The notes below the pieces were generated by a model that was not told the DNA's origin, did not search any database, and saw nothing but the letters and a program-made list of their open reading frames with translations. From an uncultured Gemmatimonadales bacterium (GTDB lineage: Bacteria > Gemmatimonadota > Gemmatimonadetes > Longimicrobiales > Gaopeijiaceae): 64,000 bases of DNA. The number at the start of each line of letters is the position of its first letter. The stretch's first letter is position 1. Made by a program: the position numbers and the translations under genes. Shown one piece after another: positions 1 through 10,047 of the stretch. The stretch spans positions 3,328,001 through 3,392,000 of the forward strand of contig CAWELD010000003.1 of the NCBI GenBank assembly GCA_963809895.1, given 5' to 3'.

Positions 1-1
1 G

Positions 2-877
2 AGCGAGTTCACGTATCCGAGCTCACTGGTGATCCTCCCCGGTGACACGATCCAGGTGCAAGACTTCCTGGACCGCGTCTACTTCGCCCCGGACGGCTCG
101 TTCCTGCGGCGTGAGACACTTGACCGGGACGCGTTTCGGGAGGCGATCGGAGGACCGCCGGAAGGTGGTCAGTGGATGGCTGACGGATCCTACTTTGCGC
201 CCATCTATCAATTCGAGTCCCACCCTGGTGGGCCGAGACCAGGACCTCTGCGCCGTCCCCAGATCACCTTGGCGCGCACCCCGGAGGCCTTCTCACGGGT
301 GGATACCCTCGGGGTATTTGGGGGGGTTCTGCAGCAGTACGTCGACGTCGGCGGGCAGAGGGGAATCTTCTCCAACGTGCCCCCGTTCGCGACCACGACG
401 TCATGGGGATTGGGCGCGACCGACGGCACGATCATCGTAGGCGACAACGCCGATCCCCAGATCCATCGCTTCCACGCCGACGGTAGCCACTCCATCGTGC
501 GCTGGACGGCGGAGCAGATGCCGGTCTCCACGAGCGACGTGGAGGCGTGGAAGGAGGAGCAGCGGAATGCCGAGTGGACGCGCGGACAACTGCCCGAGTT
601 GGAGCGCGGATGGGCCACCATGGATATCCCCGAAATGAAGCCGTACTACGGGCGGGTCCGCGTCGGCTCCGATGGGACCCTCTGGGTGGGTGAGGTCGGG
701 ACCGGCAGGGACAGCACGCACCTGCGGGTGTTCGACGCCGACGGACGCTACGCCGGCACGATCACGCTCCCGGAACGCTTCACGGTGCATGACTCGGGGC
801 CCGACTGGGTTCTCGGAGTCATGCGAGACGAAAACGACATCGAATTCCTGCGCATGTATGCGCTGCGTGAGGGTTGA
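2..877 (+). CDS. 6-bladed beta-propeller protein, 5'-truncated by the window edge
   Basis: Frame open from base 2 (SEFTYPSSLVILPGDTI, tail of the GPGEF blade motif); C-terminus VMRDENDIEFLRMY resembles the paralogs in this window. Confidence 0.75.
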   Translation, partial: SEFTYPSSLVILPGDTIQVQDFLDRVYFAPDGSFLRRETLDRDAFREAIGGPPEGGQWMADGSYFAPIYQFESHPGGPRPGPLRRPQITLARTPEAFSRVDTLGVFGGVLQQYVDVGGQRGIFSNVPPFATTTSWGLGATDGTIIVGDNADPQIHRFHADGSHSIVRWTAEQMPVSTSDVEAWKEEQRNAEWTRGQLPELERGWATMDIPEMKPYYGRVRVGSDGTLWVGEVGTGRDSTHLRVFDADGRYAGTITLPERFTVHDSGPDWVLGVMRDENDIEFLRMYALREG

Positions 878-931
878 AACGCCGATGGCGAGGCGTTGTC
901 GGTGACTCGGTCTTCCGCGACTGGCACTAGG

Positions 932-1607
932 GTGCTCAAAGGGGTCGCCGGCGCAGTCGCGGCTCTAGCGTTCCTCGCGGTCACCTTCGTCTGGTTCGAG
1001 GCCGAGATCGAGGTGCGCATCCTGTGCGGCATGATGAGCCCGGGCCGGCCCGTCACCGACGCCGTGCGCATGCTGGACACCGGCAACCTGCTGGAGTACG
1101 AGCGGGTCGACGACTCTGCGATCCGGGTGACCAGCCCCTATACGCTCGGCACGACGCGCTGCGAGATCGCCCTGGCCGATGGGCGTGTCGTCTCGGGCGC
1201 GTACCGGGACACGCTCCACCCGGAACGGCTTGCGGGCTGGGTCGCGGCCGTCCTCCTCGCGGGGCTGGCCGTGTTCCAGGTGTTGCTGGCCGCCGGGGCT
1301 CCGCTGGGACGCATGGCGTGGGGCGGCTCGAGCGAGCGGCTGTCCCCAGGGCTCCGGGTCGCCAGCGGGGTATCCGCGCTGTTGGTCACGGCGGGGGCCA
1401 TGGTCGTGCTGGAGAAGGCGGACGTCATCCAGATCCTGGAGCGGCCCGGGCCTGGTGGCGGGAAGCGTGTGGGCGCTGGCCCTGATCTTCGCGATCAGCG
1501 CGGTGGCGAACGGCTTCTCGAAGAACCGCACCGAGCGCCGTGTCATGCTGCCGCTCGCGGTGGTGCTTGCGGCGGCGTGCGTCATCGTGGGGATGAGTCG
1601 GTTGTAG
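932..1607 (+). CDS. Hypothetical membrane protein, frameshifted at ~1448
   Basis: Hydrophobic helices (LAAGAPLGRMAWGG) up to LERPG continue in another frame as LVAGSVWALALIFAISAVANG; removing one G from cccgggcctg joins them. GTG start uncertain. Confidence 0.6.
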
Positions 1608-1769
1608 CGCTCCGGGGCGCACGACGCGCGTGGGCGCGTCGGAAGCTCCAGCCCGGTTGCGAGCGGACGGCGCAAGCAAGTGAACGCTGGCGGCGAAGGG
1701 GATGTCCACATAAGCTGCGACATCATGGAAACGACTGGCCGACATCGCCCATGCGACCCCCGGAAGGGG

Positions 1770-2951
1770 ATGCCTGCGACATTGCTCGTCCTCAGCTCCC
1801 TCTGCGTCGCGTGTGCACGCGGCGCAGACCGGAGCGACGCGGCTGCGTGGGAGGGAACCGTCGACACCCTCTCCACGGGTCAGATCGTCGTCCGCAACGA
1901 GGGCCGGGGCACCTGGACCGCACCGTGGAGCGCGGAGGAGACGCTCCGTCTGGGCTCCGCCACCGGTACGGGCCCGGAAACCTTCGGACAGATCCGCTCG
2001 TTGGACGTGGACGGGGCGGGGCGCCTGTGGATCCTGGATGGGCAGGCCGATGAGATCCGGGTGTTCGACGCTTCTGGCGAATACGTTCGCACGGTGGGCC
2101 GAAAGGGAAGCGGCCCGGGGGAGTTTGCCCAACCGATGCGCCTCGATCTGGGCCCCGACGGCCGGATCTGGGTCATGGATCCCGACAACGGACGGCTCTC
2201 ACAGTTCGACACTGCCGGGACCTATCTGGCGGGTCTCCCCGCCGCCGGGGGCTTCATCACGCTCCCGTGGCCCGGCGGGTTCGACGACGCCGACCGCTAC
2301 TACAGTCCGGCTCCGGTGTTCGAACCCTCCTTCCACATGGGGCTGGCGCGCTTCGACACGACCTACAGCCCGCTGGACACGCTGACGCCACCGGAGGACC
2401 CGGACACTCGTCCATCGTTCAAGATCGAGGAAGGAGGCCTGACACGCGTCGTCGCCAGCGTCCCCTTCACCGGACAGCTCCTCTGGCGCGTCTCGCCGCA
2501 GGGTACGCTCTGGGCACTGGTTACCGGCGACTACCGACTCTTCGAGCTCGACGCAGCCGGAGATACGCTCCGGACCGCCTACCGCTCGTATGATCCTGTG
2601 CCCGTGACGTCGGCAGACCGTGCCGAGGCGATCGAAGATCTGAAGTGGTTCACCGACCTGGGCGGACGGATCGATCTGTCGTTGATTCCTTCCGTGAAGC
2701 CTGGCGCTTCCACGTTCTTCATCGACGATCGGGGCAATCTCTGGGTCCTCCCGGTCACCTCGGGCGACGACGCGAGGCAGCCGTGGGACATCTTCGATCC
2801 CACGGGGATCTATCTCGGTAGAATCGAGCTCCCCTTCACCATGGCGGCCTCGCCCCTCCCCCGGGTCGAAGGCGACCTCCTCTACGGCGTCGTCAGAGAC
2901 GAGCTCGACGTGCCCTACGTCGTGGTCGCCCACATTCGAAGGCCGGAGTAG
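1770..2951 (+). CDS. 6-bladed beta-propeller protein, probable lipoprotein
   Basis: Signal peptide ending LCVAC; GRKGSGPGEF motif; NHL-like blades; C-terminal VRDELDVPYVV. Confidence 0.8.
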   Translation: MPATLLVLSSLCVACARGADRSDAAAWEGTVDTLSTGQIVVRNEGRGTWTAPWSAEETLRLGSATGTGPETFGQIRSLDVDGAGRLWILDGQADEIRVFDASGEYVRTVGRKGSGPGEFAQPMRLDLGPDGRIWVMDPDNGRLSQFDTAGTYLAGLPAAGGFITLPWPGGFDDADRYYSPAPVFEPSFHMGLARFDTTYSPLDTLTPPEDPDTRPSFKIEEGGLTRVVASVPFTGQLLWRVSPQGTLWALVTGDYRLFELDAAGDTLRTAYRSYDPVPVTSADRAEAIEDLKWFTDLGGRIDLSLIPSVKPGASTFFIDDRGNLWVLPVTSGDDARQPWDIFDPTGIYLGRIELPFTMAASPLPRVEGDLLYGVVRDELDVPYVVVAHIRRPE

Positions 2952-3002
2952 CGTCTACCGAGTCCCGTACGCTGGTCACGACCCGCACCGAGGAGCCGCC
3001 GC

Positions 3003-4316
3003 ATGCCGCACGCGAATCCCACCGCATCGACCGCTCTCCGGCGTCTGGCGATCGTCCCGGCGCTGACCCTCGCCCTTCTGGCCCTGGCCGGCTGCCGCTC
3101 CGGCGGAGGTGTCGACTCGATGGACACCGACCGGCTCGACGACCTTCCCACGCTGCCCATCGAAGCGGACCTGCGCCTGGGGAGCTTCGAGGATCCCGAT
3201 CTGGGATTCTCGCGGATCGGCGATGTGGACGTGGACCGGGACGGGAACCTCTACGTGGGCGAAGTCATGGTGCCGGAGATCCGCGTCTACGGCCCCGACG
3301 GCGACCTGCTGCGACGCATCGGACGGCGAGGCCAGGGTCCTGGGGAGTTCGAGAGTGCCCCGCAATTCGGCGTCGCGGGAGACACGGTCTGGGCGATCGA
3401 GGGCTGGAAGAGCCGCATCACGCTCTTCGACCGCGAGGGCAGGACGCTCTCCACGGGCCTGGCGGAAGACGTCACGGTTCCGCTTCCCTCCTCGTTCGGC
3501 CACGTGCGACCCGTGGCCATGCGGCCCGACGGCACGTTCAGGAGCTTCTTCAACGGCGTTTCGTACATCCGCGGTGAGGCCACCGACGTCGAGCCCACGG
3601 ACCGCATCCGCTGGCCCATCGTGCTCTTTGCCGCCACCGGAGCCGTGACGGACACCATCGGGTGGGCGGAGCGGCCGCCGCCCCGCATGTGGCGCCCACC
3701 CTCCGAGGCCGATCCCATGCCGAAACAGATCGAGGTCGCGGGCCAGCGCATGTTCGTGCCGAGTCCGCCGACCCTCTTGCCACGGTGGCTGGACCTCCCC
3801 GACGGCTACGTCACGGTCGAGACGCCTCTGCCGAGCAACGCGGCCGACGGGACGCTGCTGGTGACACGCATCGGGCTGCAGGGTGATACCGTCTACAGCC
3901 GGACCTTGCACTACAGGCCGCTCCCCTACACCACCACGGATCTCGACTCCATCGCTGCCAAGGGTGCCCGCGGCGAGCCCGGCGGCGGGGTCCCCTTCAG
4001 ACCCGGTGCACCCCCACCCGACAACTGGGAGGTCATTGCGGCACGCTATCGGGCCGAGATGGATTATCCTGCTTTTCAGCCCCCCATCGAGTACGCCTGG
4101 GTGGGGCAGGACCAGTCCGTGTGGCTCAAGCTCACCGCACCAGGCGATAGGCCGACGGCGAGTTGGGTCGCGTTGAACGCCGACGGACAGCCGCGGGCGC
4201 GCGTCGAGCTTCCCGCCAACGCCAGCATCCGCTGGAGCGGTGCCGACACCTTCTGGGCCGTCGAGCCCGACGAGCTCGACACGCCGTTCCTGGTGCGGTA
4301 CCGGATCGGGTCCTGA
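3003..4316 (+). CDS. 6-bladed beta-propeller lipoprotein
   Basis: Lipobox LAGC; GRRGQGPGEF motif; C-terminal EPDELDTPFLV. Confidence 0.8.
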   Translation: MPHANPTASTALRRLAIVPALTLALLALAGCRSGGGVDSMDTDRLDDLPTLPIEADLRLGSFEDPDLGFSRIGDVDVDRDGNLYVGEVMVPEIRVYGPDGDLLRRIGRRGQGPGEFESAPQFGVAGDTVWAIEGWKSRITLFDREGRTLSTGLAEDVTVPLPSSFGHVRPVAMRPDGTFRSFFNGVSYIRGEATDVEPTDRIRWPIVLFAATGAVTDTIGWAERPPPRMWRPPSEADPMPKQIEVAGQRMFVPSPPTLLPRWLDLPDGYVTVETPLPSNAADGTLLVTRIGLQGDTVYSRTLHYRPLPYTTTDLDSIAAKGARGEPGGGVPFRPGAPPPDNWEVIAARYRAEMDYPAFQPPIEYAWVGQDQSVWLKLTAPGDRPTASWVALNADGQPRARVELPANASIRWSGADTFWAVEPDELDTPFLVRYRIGS

Positions 4317-4420
4317 AACGAGAGGAGTGGAGGTGCGCCGCGACTCCGGCGGCATCGGCCTTGCGTCTTCATCATGGTGAGCGCCGGGAAGAGCCCGCGC
4401 GCATTCAGACCATGGAGACG

Positions 4421-4636
4421 ATGATGGACCGCAATGAATTCCAGGGAAAGTGGAAGCAGGTGAAGGGCCACGCCAAGGAGAAGTGGGGCAAGCTCACCGA
4501 CGATGACCTCGACCAGATTCAGGGGCGCCGCGAGGTGCTCGTGGGCAAGATCCAGGAACGCTACGGCAAGACCCGGGAGGCGGCGGACAAGGCCGTGGCG
4601 GATTGGTTCTCCCACGTGGACGAACGCGTGGCGTAG
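4421..4636 (+). CDS. CsbD/YjbJ family stress protein
   Basis: GKWKQVKGHAKEKWGKLTDDDLDQIQGRREVLVGKIQERYG signature; GGAG RBS at 4414. Confidence 0.92.
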   Translation: MMDRNEFQGKWKQVKGHAKEKWGKLTDDDLDQIQGRREVLVGKIQERYGKTREAADKAVADWFSHVDERVA

Positions 4637-4703
4637 CCAGGCGGCCGTCGAGGAGGCCTGCCGGTGCTCGCGTCGTACCTCGACGCCGCAGCCCCGCGCG
4701 GAG

Positions 4704-4721
4704 ACGTTTCAGCTGAAACGT
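4704..4721. repeat. 18-bp perfect palindrome ACGTTTCAGCTGAAACGT (copy 1 of 3)
   Basis: Read directly; same core at 59128-59143 and 59186-59203. Confidence 0.9.
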
Positions 4722-4780
4722 TCGAGGGCCGGTCGAGGACTCCTTCTCCTTGCCGACGCACCGCCCTTGCTCGTTCACCC

Positions 4781-4823
4781 ATGGTGACAATGTTGTAATC
4801 CCCGAAGGTAACATTGTCACCAT
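4781..4823. promoter_or_regulatory. Putative PadR operator: 14-bp perfect inverted repeat ATGGTGACAATGTT-N15-AACATTGTCACCAT
   Basis: Perfect IR 67 bp upstream of padR; GACAATGTTGT also found upstream of the second padR. Confidence 0.6.
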
Positions 4824-4890
4824 CAAGGCGCTCGACGCGTGGCGCGGGACCGCCGCAACCAGCGCCGCAACACGAGCGGGGGCTCCAGCA

Positions 4891-5217
4891 ATGGCCAAGA
4901 ATACCCTGGGAGAGCTGGAAGAGCTGGTCCTGCTGGCCATGGTGCGACTGGGCGACGACGCCTACGGGCTCGCCATCGCCGACGAACTGGAGCGCACGGC
5001 CCACCGGCCGGTCCCGCGCGCGTCCGTCTATGTCCTGCTTCGCCGTCTGGAGCATGCCGGCCTGATCGAGAGCGAACGCGAGAGCCCCGATGAGGCCCGG
5101 GGCAAGCCGCGTCGCATGGTGCGCGTGACCGAGACGGGGCTGGCGCTCCTTCGCGAGACCCGCGACACGCGCCTCCGTATGTGGGCCGGGATCGAGGACG
5201 CGCTGGAGGGGGCATGA
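4891..5217 (+). CDS. PadR family transcriptional regulator
   Basis: LGELEELVLLA..DAYGLAI..SVYVLLRRLE..RGKPRR; stop overlaps permease start (ATGA). Confidence 0.92.
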   Translation: MAKNTLGELEELVLLAMVRLGDDAYGLAIADELERTAHRPVPRASVYVLLRRLEHAGLIESERESPDEARGKPRRMVRVTETGLALLRETRDTRLRMWAGIEDALEGA

Positions 5218-7865
5218 TCCGCATCCTGACGGCGCTTCTCCGCCACCTGCTCCCGGGGGATTGGGCCACGGACATCCTCCGGGACCTGGAGGAGGACTAC
5301 AGCCGGCGGCGAGCCCGGACCGGACCGGTGCGGGCCCGCTGGTGGTTGCTCGGTCAGTCGGTGCATCTGGCCGTGCGCTTCGCGCTGGAGCGGTTGCGCG
5401 ACGCGAAACCCGCCGGCGGTCCGGCCGCGTGGCTGCGTGCGATGCTCCAGGATCTGCGCTTCACGCTGCGCAGTCTGCGCCGCTCGCCGGTGTTCTTCGG
5501 CGGGATCGTCCTCACTCTTGCCGTGGGGATGGGCGCCAACGCCGCCATCTTCAGCGTGGTGCGCAGCGTGGTCCTGGCCCCGCTGCCGTATCCGGAGCCC
5601 GATCGACTCATGGTCGTGGATCCCTATCCCTGGACGCCGGCCGAGATCGTCCAGAATCTGGGCGACGCAGGACCCGGGACTCCCTACGCGGAGGTGGCGG
5701 GCTACTACCCGCGACCCTTCACCTCCACGGGCGGAGAGCGCCCCGAAGAGCTCCAGGGGGCCACCGTGACCCCGAGCTTCTTCGGCATCCTCGGCGCCAC
5801 CATGGCACTCGGCCGACGCTTCACGGCCGACGACGTCCGGGCCGACGCACCCCGCACCGCCGTACTCAGCTACGAGGCCTGGCAGCGGCTCTTCGGCGGC
5901 GACCCCGCGGTCCTCGGTCGCACCCTCACGCTCGACGGCCTCTCGCACGAGATCGTGGGCGTGACCGCGGGGGACTTCCGGCCGCTGCTCCCTCGAACTG
6001 AGCGCTCCGACGTGTGGACCCCGGCCACGATGGACCAGCTGGGCGCCGATGTGCTGCCCGAGGGCTCGATTCCGTGGGCCATCCCCCTGGTCCGCATCCG
6101 ATCGGGCATCCCCCTGGCACGTGCCCAGGAATCCCTCCGCACCGCGGTAGGCAGATTTCGTGACCGGCATCCCGACGAGAGCGGAGGTGGCCCGAGTTGG
6201 ACCCGGTGGGAGCCGCTCAAGTCCGACGTCACCGGCGCCGCCCGCGGTCCGCTCTTCATTCTCCAGGCGGCGGTGGGCGTGGTGCTGATCCTGGCGTGCG
6301 TGAACGTCGCCAACCTCCTGCTGGTGCGGTTGGGAGCGCGCCGGGGAGAGCTGGCGGTACGCACCGCGCTGGGAGCGTCGCGGGGGCAGATCGCCCGCCA
6401 ACTCGTCACCGAAAGCGTGGTGCTGGCGGTGCTGGGCGCGCTGGCCGGGTTATTCCTCGTGGCCGTCTCCCTGCGCCTGATCGTGTCCATCGCCCCCCCA
6501 GACCTCCCGCGCCTGGACCGGATCACGCTCGATATACCGGTCTTCGTTTTCGCCTTGGGCGTCGCGCTGGCGACCGGCCTCGCCTTCGGGGTGGCACCGG
6601 CCCTGTACGGAGGCGGATCTCCACACCGCTCGATGCGCGAGAGCGCCCGCACGGCCACCGGCTCCCGGCATCGCCATCGCGTGAGCCAGGGACTGGTGAT
6701 CGCCGAGGTCACGCTCACCGTGGTCCTGGTGGCCTCGGCCGGGCTGCTCGTGCGGAGCTTCTCCTCGCTGATTCGGGAGGATCCCGGCTTCGACACCAGT
6801 GACGTACTCGCCGTGCCTCTCGTGGCGCCCGAGGAGCGGTTCACGGACGTCCCGGCCCTGGAACGGTACCAGACGGGTCTGCTGGAGGAGCTGGCGCGTG
6901 TGCCCGGCGTGGCGTCGGTGGCGCTGGCCAACAACCTGCCCCTGAGCCGCGGCAACGCCACTCGCAGCCTGGTACTCGAAGGCGAGAGCGAGCCGCACAG
7001 CGCGCAGTACGGGGTGGTGAGCGAGGACTACTTCCGTACCCTGGGGATTCCGGTGCGGCGAGGACGCTCCCTCCGGGCCACCGACACCCGCACGGCGGCG
7101 GCCGTGGCCGTCGTGGACGAGTCCATGGCCCGGAGTTTCTGGCCCGACGCGGACGCCGTCGGCCGACGCTTCCGCTTCGAAGACGACTCCACCTGGATCA
7201 CCGTCGTGGGCGTGAGCGGGAGCATTCGTGGGCGCGGGCTCGCGCAGGCACCGGAGCCGGGATTCCACATCTCCTACCGCCAGCGGCCCGAGAGCCCCGT
7301 CGAGCTGGATGTGGGAAAGCGCATGGCCCTGCTGGTGCGGACACGACCCGGGACCGCGAGTCTGGCGAACCTGTCCCGGGCTCTCCGCGAGGCGGTCTGG
7401 CGCGTGGACCGGGGACAGCCGATCCCCGCGGTGGACCGGCTCCGGGATCTGGTGGCCGGTGACGCCGCGCCACAGCGGTTTCGGGCGACGCTGGTGGGCG
7501 CGTTCGCGGCCCTCGCACTCCTGTTGGCACTGGCCGGGGTGTACGGCGTGGTGGCGAATCTTCTCACCGAGCGCGTCCACGAGTTCGGGATCCGCAGGGC
7601 TCTGGGTGCGACCCATGCCGACATCGTACGCACCGTTTTCACGTGGGGATTGCGCCTGGCGGCGGCCGGCCTGGTCCTGGGACTCCTGGGCGCCGCCTGG
7701 GTGGGCCACCTGCTCTCGAGGTTCCTCTACGGCGTCGGATCCGCCGATCCCGTCAGCCTGACCGCGTCCGCGCTGGTCGTGGCGGCGATCACCCTCGCGG
7801 CTTGCCTGGTGCCGGCGTGGCGGGCGTTACGGCTACGTGCCCTCGCCACGCTGCGCTCGGACTAG
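5214..7865 (+). CDS. MacB/FtsX-type duplicated ABC permease (ADOP-like)
   Basis: QDLRFTLRSLRRSP, LILACVNVANLLL, ELAVRTALGA, second half EFGIRRALGA; no ATPase domain. Confidence 0.92.
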   Translation: MIRILTALLRHLLPGDWATDILRDLEEDYSRRRARTGPVRARWWLLGQSVHLAVRFALERLRDAKPAGGPAAWLRAMLQDLRFTLRSLRRSPVFFGGIVLTLAVGMGANAAIFSVVRSVVLAPLPYPEPDRLMVVDPYPWTPAEIVQNLGDAGPGTPYAEVAGYYPRPFTSTGGERPEELQGATVTPSFFGILGATMALGRRFTADDVRADAPRTAVLSYEAWQRLFGGDPAVLGRTLTLDGLSHEIVGVTAGDFRPLLPRTERSDVWTPATMDQLGADVLPEGSIPWAIPLVRIRSGIPLARAQESLRTAVGRFRDRHPDESGGGPSWTRWEPLKSDVTGAARGPLFILQAAVGVVLILACVNVANLLLVRLGARRGELAVRTALGASRGQIARQLVTESVVLAVLGALAGLFLVAVSLRLIVSIAPPDLPRLDRITLDIPVFVFALGVALATGLAFGVAPALYGGGSPHRSMRESARTATGSRHRHRVSQGLVIAEVTLTVVLVASAGLLVRSFSSLIREDPGFDTSDVLAVPLVAPEERFTDVPALERYQTGLLEELARVPGVASVALANNLPLSRGNATRSLVLEGESEPHSAQYGVVSEDYFRTLGIPVRRGRSLRATDTRTAAAVAVVDESMARSFWPDADAVGRRFRFEDDSTWITVVGVSGSIRGRGLAQAPEPGFHISYRQRPESPVELDVGKRMALLVRTRPGTASLANLSRALREAVWRVDRGQPIPAVDRLRDLVAGDAAPQRFRATLVGAFAALALLLALAGVYGVVANLLTERVHEFGIRRALGATHADIVRTVFTWGLRLAAAGLVLGLLGAAWVGHLLSRFLYGVGSADPVSLTASALVVAAITLAACLVPAWRALRLRALATLRSD

Positions 7866-7978
7866 GACCGGTCCGAAGAGGCTGCTCCGCTGGATGCCCC
7901 GCCTTCGGTGGCGGCAGACACCTGCCCGGGCGAGCCTTCAGTAGATGATCCTGACGCGCGGAGCTCGGGGGATTATAT

Positions 7979-7994
7979 TTCGACACATGTCGAA
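7979..7994. promoter_or_regulatory. Palindrome TTCGACA-CA-TGTCGAA, candidate operator
   Basis: Perfect 7-bp arms in an AT-rich patch 21 bp upstream of the next gene. Confidence 0.4.
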
Positions 7995-8015
7995 CTTGAC
8001 GCGGGGCTGTACCCT

Positions 8016-9188
8016 GTGACGAGCGTCCGCGCGGCAGGCGTGGCTCCGGCTCTCGTGCTCGCCGGTTCTCTCCTGTGGGGATGCGGCGGAGTCCCACCTG
8101 CCACCACCCGGGTCGACTCCGCCGGCGTGGCCATCGTCACCTACTCGGGTCCGGAAGTGCCCCTGGGGTGGTCGTTGGACACGACCCTGGTGCTGGGCGG
8201 CGCGAGCGAGGGCTCCGAGAGCTTCTACCGGGTGCGGCCCTCGCTGGTGGACACGGACGCCAGCGGTCGCATCTACGTGCTCGACGACACCGGAAAACGG
8301 GTGGCGATCTTCGATTCCACCGGCGCGAGCCTCGGCGTGTTCGGGAGAGAGGGCGCGGGCCCCGGCGAGCTGGAGTTCCCCGTTTCCATCGCCGCGGACC
8401 CAGGCGGCGTCCTCGTCTACGACGGCGCCAAGGACGCCATCCTCGCCTACACCCTCGAAGGCGTACTCCGGGATCCCATCCCCTATCCCTATTCGGTGAT
8501 TCGCATGGGATTCCCGCATGTCCAGGCCGAGCCCGGGGGATTGGTGCTGTGGGCGCGAGACCGCTTCCAGGGGAGCGCCGCTCGGGAGCGCATGGACCGG
8601 CTCTGGTGGGTGGGGACCTCCGGTGACACCACGGAGCTCGTCCCGGCCACCCCTTCGCCCACCTCCACGGCGGCCTATCCCGAGTGCGGGATGAGCTACT
8701 CCATTGCCGTCCCCTTCGCTCCCTTCCCGAGGTGGTCACAGTGGAGGGACCGCGTGGCAGTGAACGCCTGGCCCGCCTATCGCGTGAACGTGTTCTCCGG
8801 GGCCACTGAGATCATGAGCATCCGCCGACCCGAGGCGGATCTGCGCCTCACGGAGAGCGAGGCCGTCGAGCGACTGAAAGCCCAGGGATTCGTCGCGGGC
8901 CCCTGCAACGCCGACGCCGCCACCGTCATCCGCCGCCATGGATTCAGCCCCGAACCGCAGGTCGTCCGCAACGTGGCGCTGGCGCCCTCGGGCCGCGTGT
9001 GGGTGCAATACGAGGGCCGGCACGGCGAGCGGCGCATCGACCTCTACGCCGCGGACGGTACCTACGAGGGATCCCTGTCCGGCGACTTCCCCATGCCCAT
9101 GACCTTCCTCCCCGGCGACCGGCTCGTGCTCCAGCTCGTGGATTCGCTGGACGTGGAGAGGGTGGGGGTGGCGCGGGTGGTGCGCTGA
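8016..9188 (+). CDS. 6-bladed beta-propeller lipoprotein
   Basis: LLWGC lipobox-like; RVDSAGVAIV; GREGAGPGEL; C-terminal VDSLDVERV. Start uncertain. Confidence 0.78.
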   Translation: MTSVRAAGVAPALVLAGSLLWGCGGVPPATTRVDSAGVAIVTYSGPEVPLGWSLDTTLVLGGASEGSESFYRVRPSLVDTDASGRIYVLDDTGKRVAIFDSTGASLGVFGREGAGPGELEFPVSIAADPGGVLVYDGAKDAILAYTLEGVLRDPIPYPYSVIRMGFPHVQAEPGGLVLWARDRFQGSAARERMDRLWWVGTSGDTTELVPATPSPTSTAAYPECGMSYSIAVPFAPFPRWSQWRDRVAVNAWPAYRVNVFSGATEIMSIRRPEADLRLTESEAVERLKAQGFVAGPCNADAATVIRRHGFSPEPQVVRNVALAPSGRVWVQYEGRHGERRIDLYAADGTYEGSLSGDFPMPMTFLPGDRLVLQLVDSLDVERVGVARVVR

Positions 9189-9192
9189 CGGC

Positions 9193-9597
9193 TCAGCCGC
9201 CCAGTACCTCCACACGCAGGTCGGGCACACGCCGGAAATGGGACTCGCCGCTGGAACCCACCAGAACGCCGAAGTCCAGATACCGTGCGGTGGCAGCCAC
9301 CTGAAGGTCGTTCGAGGGGATGGCCGTCCCGGCCTCACGAAGCTGTGCGAAGAGCCGAGCCCAGCGCTCCGCTACGATACCGTCGAAGGGAACGACGGCC
9401 AGGTGCGAGACGAGGGCATCGATCTTCCTCTGCCGAAGCGCGGCCCGCTCTGGAGTGTCCGCCATCCGAACGCCCACCAGCAACTCCGCGAGCACGATGG
9501 CGGGCAGGGCCACCGTCTCGTCGACCAGAGCCTCTGCGACGTCTCCTCGTCCTCGCTCCAGGGCGACCAGCGCACTCGTGTCGATCACGAGTCCCAC
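9193..9597 (-). CDS. vapC: VapC-like PIN domain toxin
   Basis: VIDTSALV, IVLAELLVG, IPSNDLQVAATA, SHFRRVPDL acidic PIN motifs. Confidence 0.9.
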   Translation of the reverse strand: MGLVIDTSALVALERGRGDVAEALVDETVALPAIVLAELLVGVRMADTPERAALRQRKIDALVSHLAVVPFDGIVAERWARLFAQLREAGTAIPSNDLQVAATARYLDFGVLVGSSGESHFRRVPDLRVEVLGG

Positions 9598-9854
9598 GGA
9601 TTCTCCGGAGGTTCGTCGGCTCGGCCCACTTCCTCCAGATCGCGCGCGAACCCGGCGTCCGGAGGCCCTGCATCGCGCCAGGCCCCGATAATCTGGCGGA
9701 GCGAGGCCGTCGGGCGCTCGACCAGGGGCACCACGCGGGCCACGGGCTCCCCGTTCCGCTCGACCAGGAACGAGTCGCCGCGATAGCGGATTCGTCCCAA
9801 CACCTCGCCGAGATTCCGGGCCAGATCGGTGGCCGTCACGCGAATATCACTCAT
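9585..9854 (-). CDS. Phd/YefM family antitoxin
   Basis: VTATDLARNLGEVLGRI..FLVERNGEPVARVVP; overlaps the toxin start. Confidence 0.85.
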   Translation of the reverse strand: MSDIRVTATDLARNLGEVLGRIRYRGDSFLVERNGEPVARVVPLVERPTASLRQIIGAWRDAGPPDAGFARDLEEVGRADEPPENPWDS

Positions 9855-10047
9855 GATGCAAAATGCGCAAATACGTAAAATACGCAATGATGCCGCTCAA
9901 TGTGGATGGAGGCGTGTCGGTGCCGGGTGGTCACGGCGCGGATGTCGGAGGCGGACGCTACCGCGCGAACGTGGCGATGGAACGGGGGATCGGGACTCGC
10001 GCACCCGATCCTGGCCCCGAGGCGCCCCACCGCCCATGTTCGACGAC

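Noticed and set aside
896..2053. 385-aa ORF as a single gene
   Set aside because: After ~1450 it is out-of-frame read-through overlapping the propeller gene
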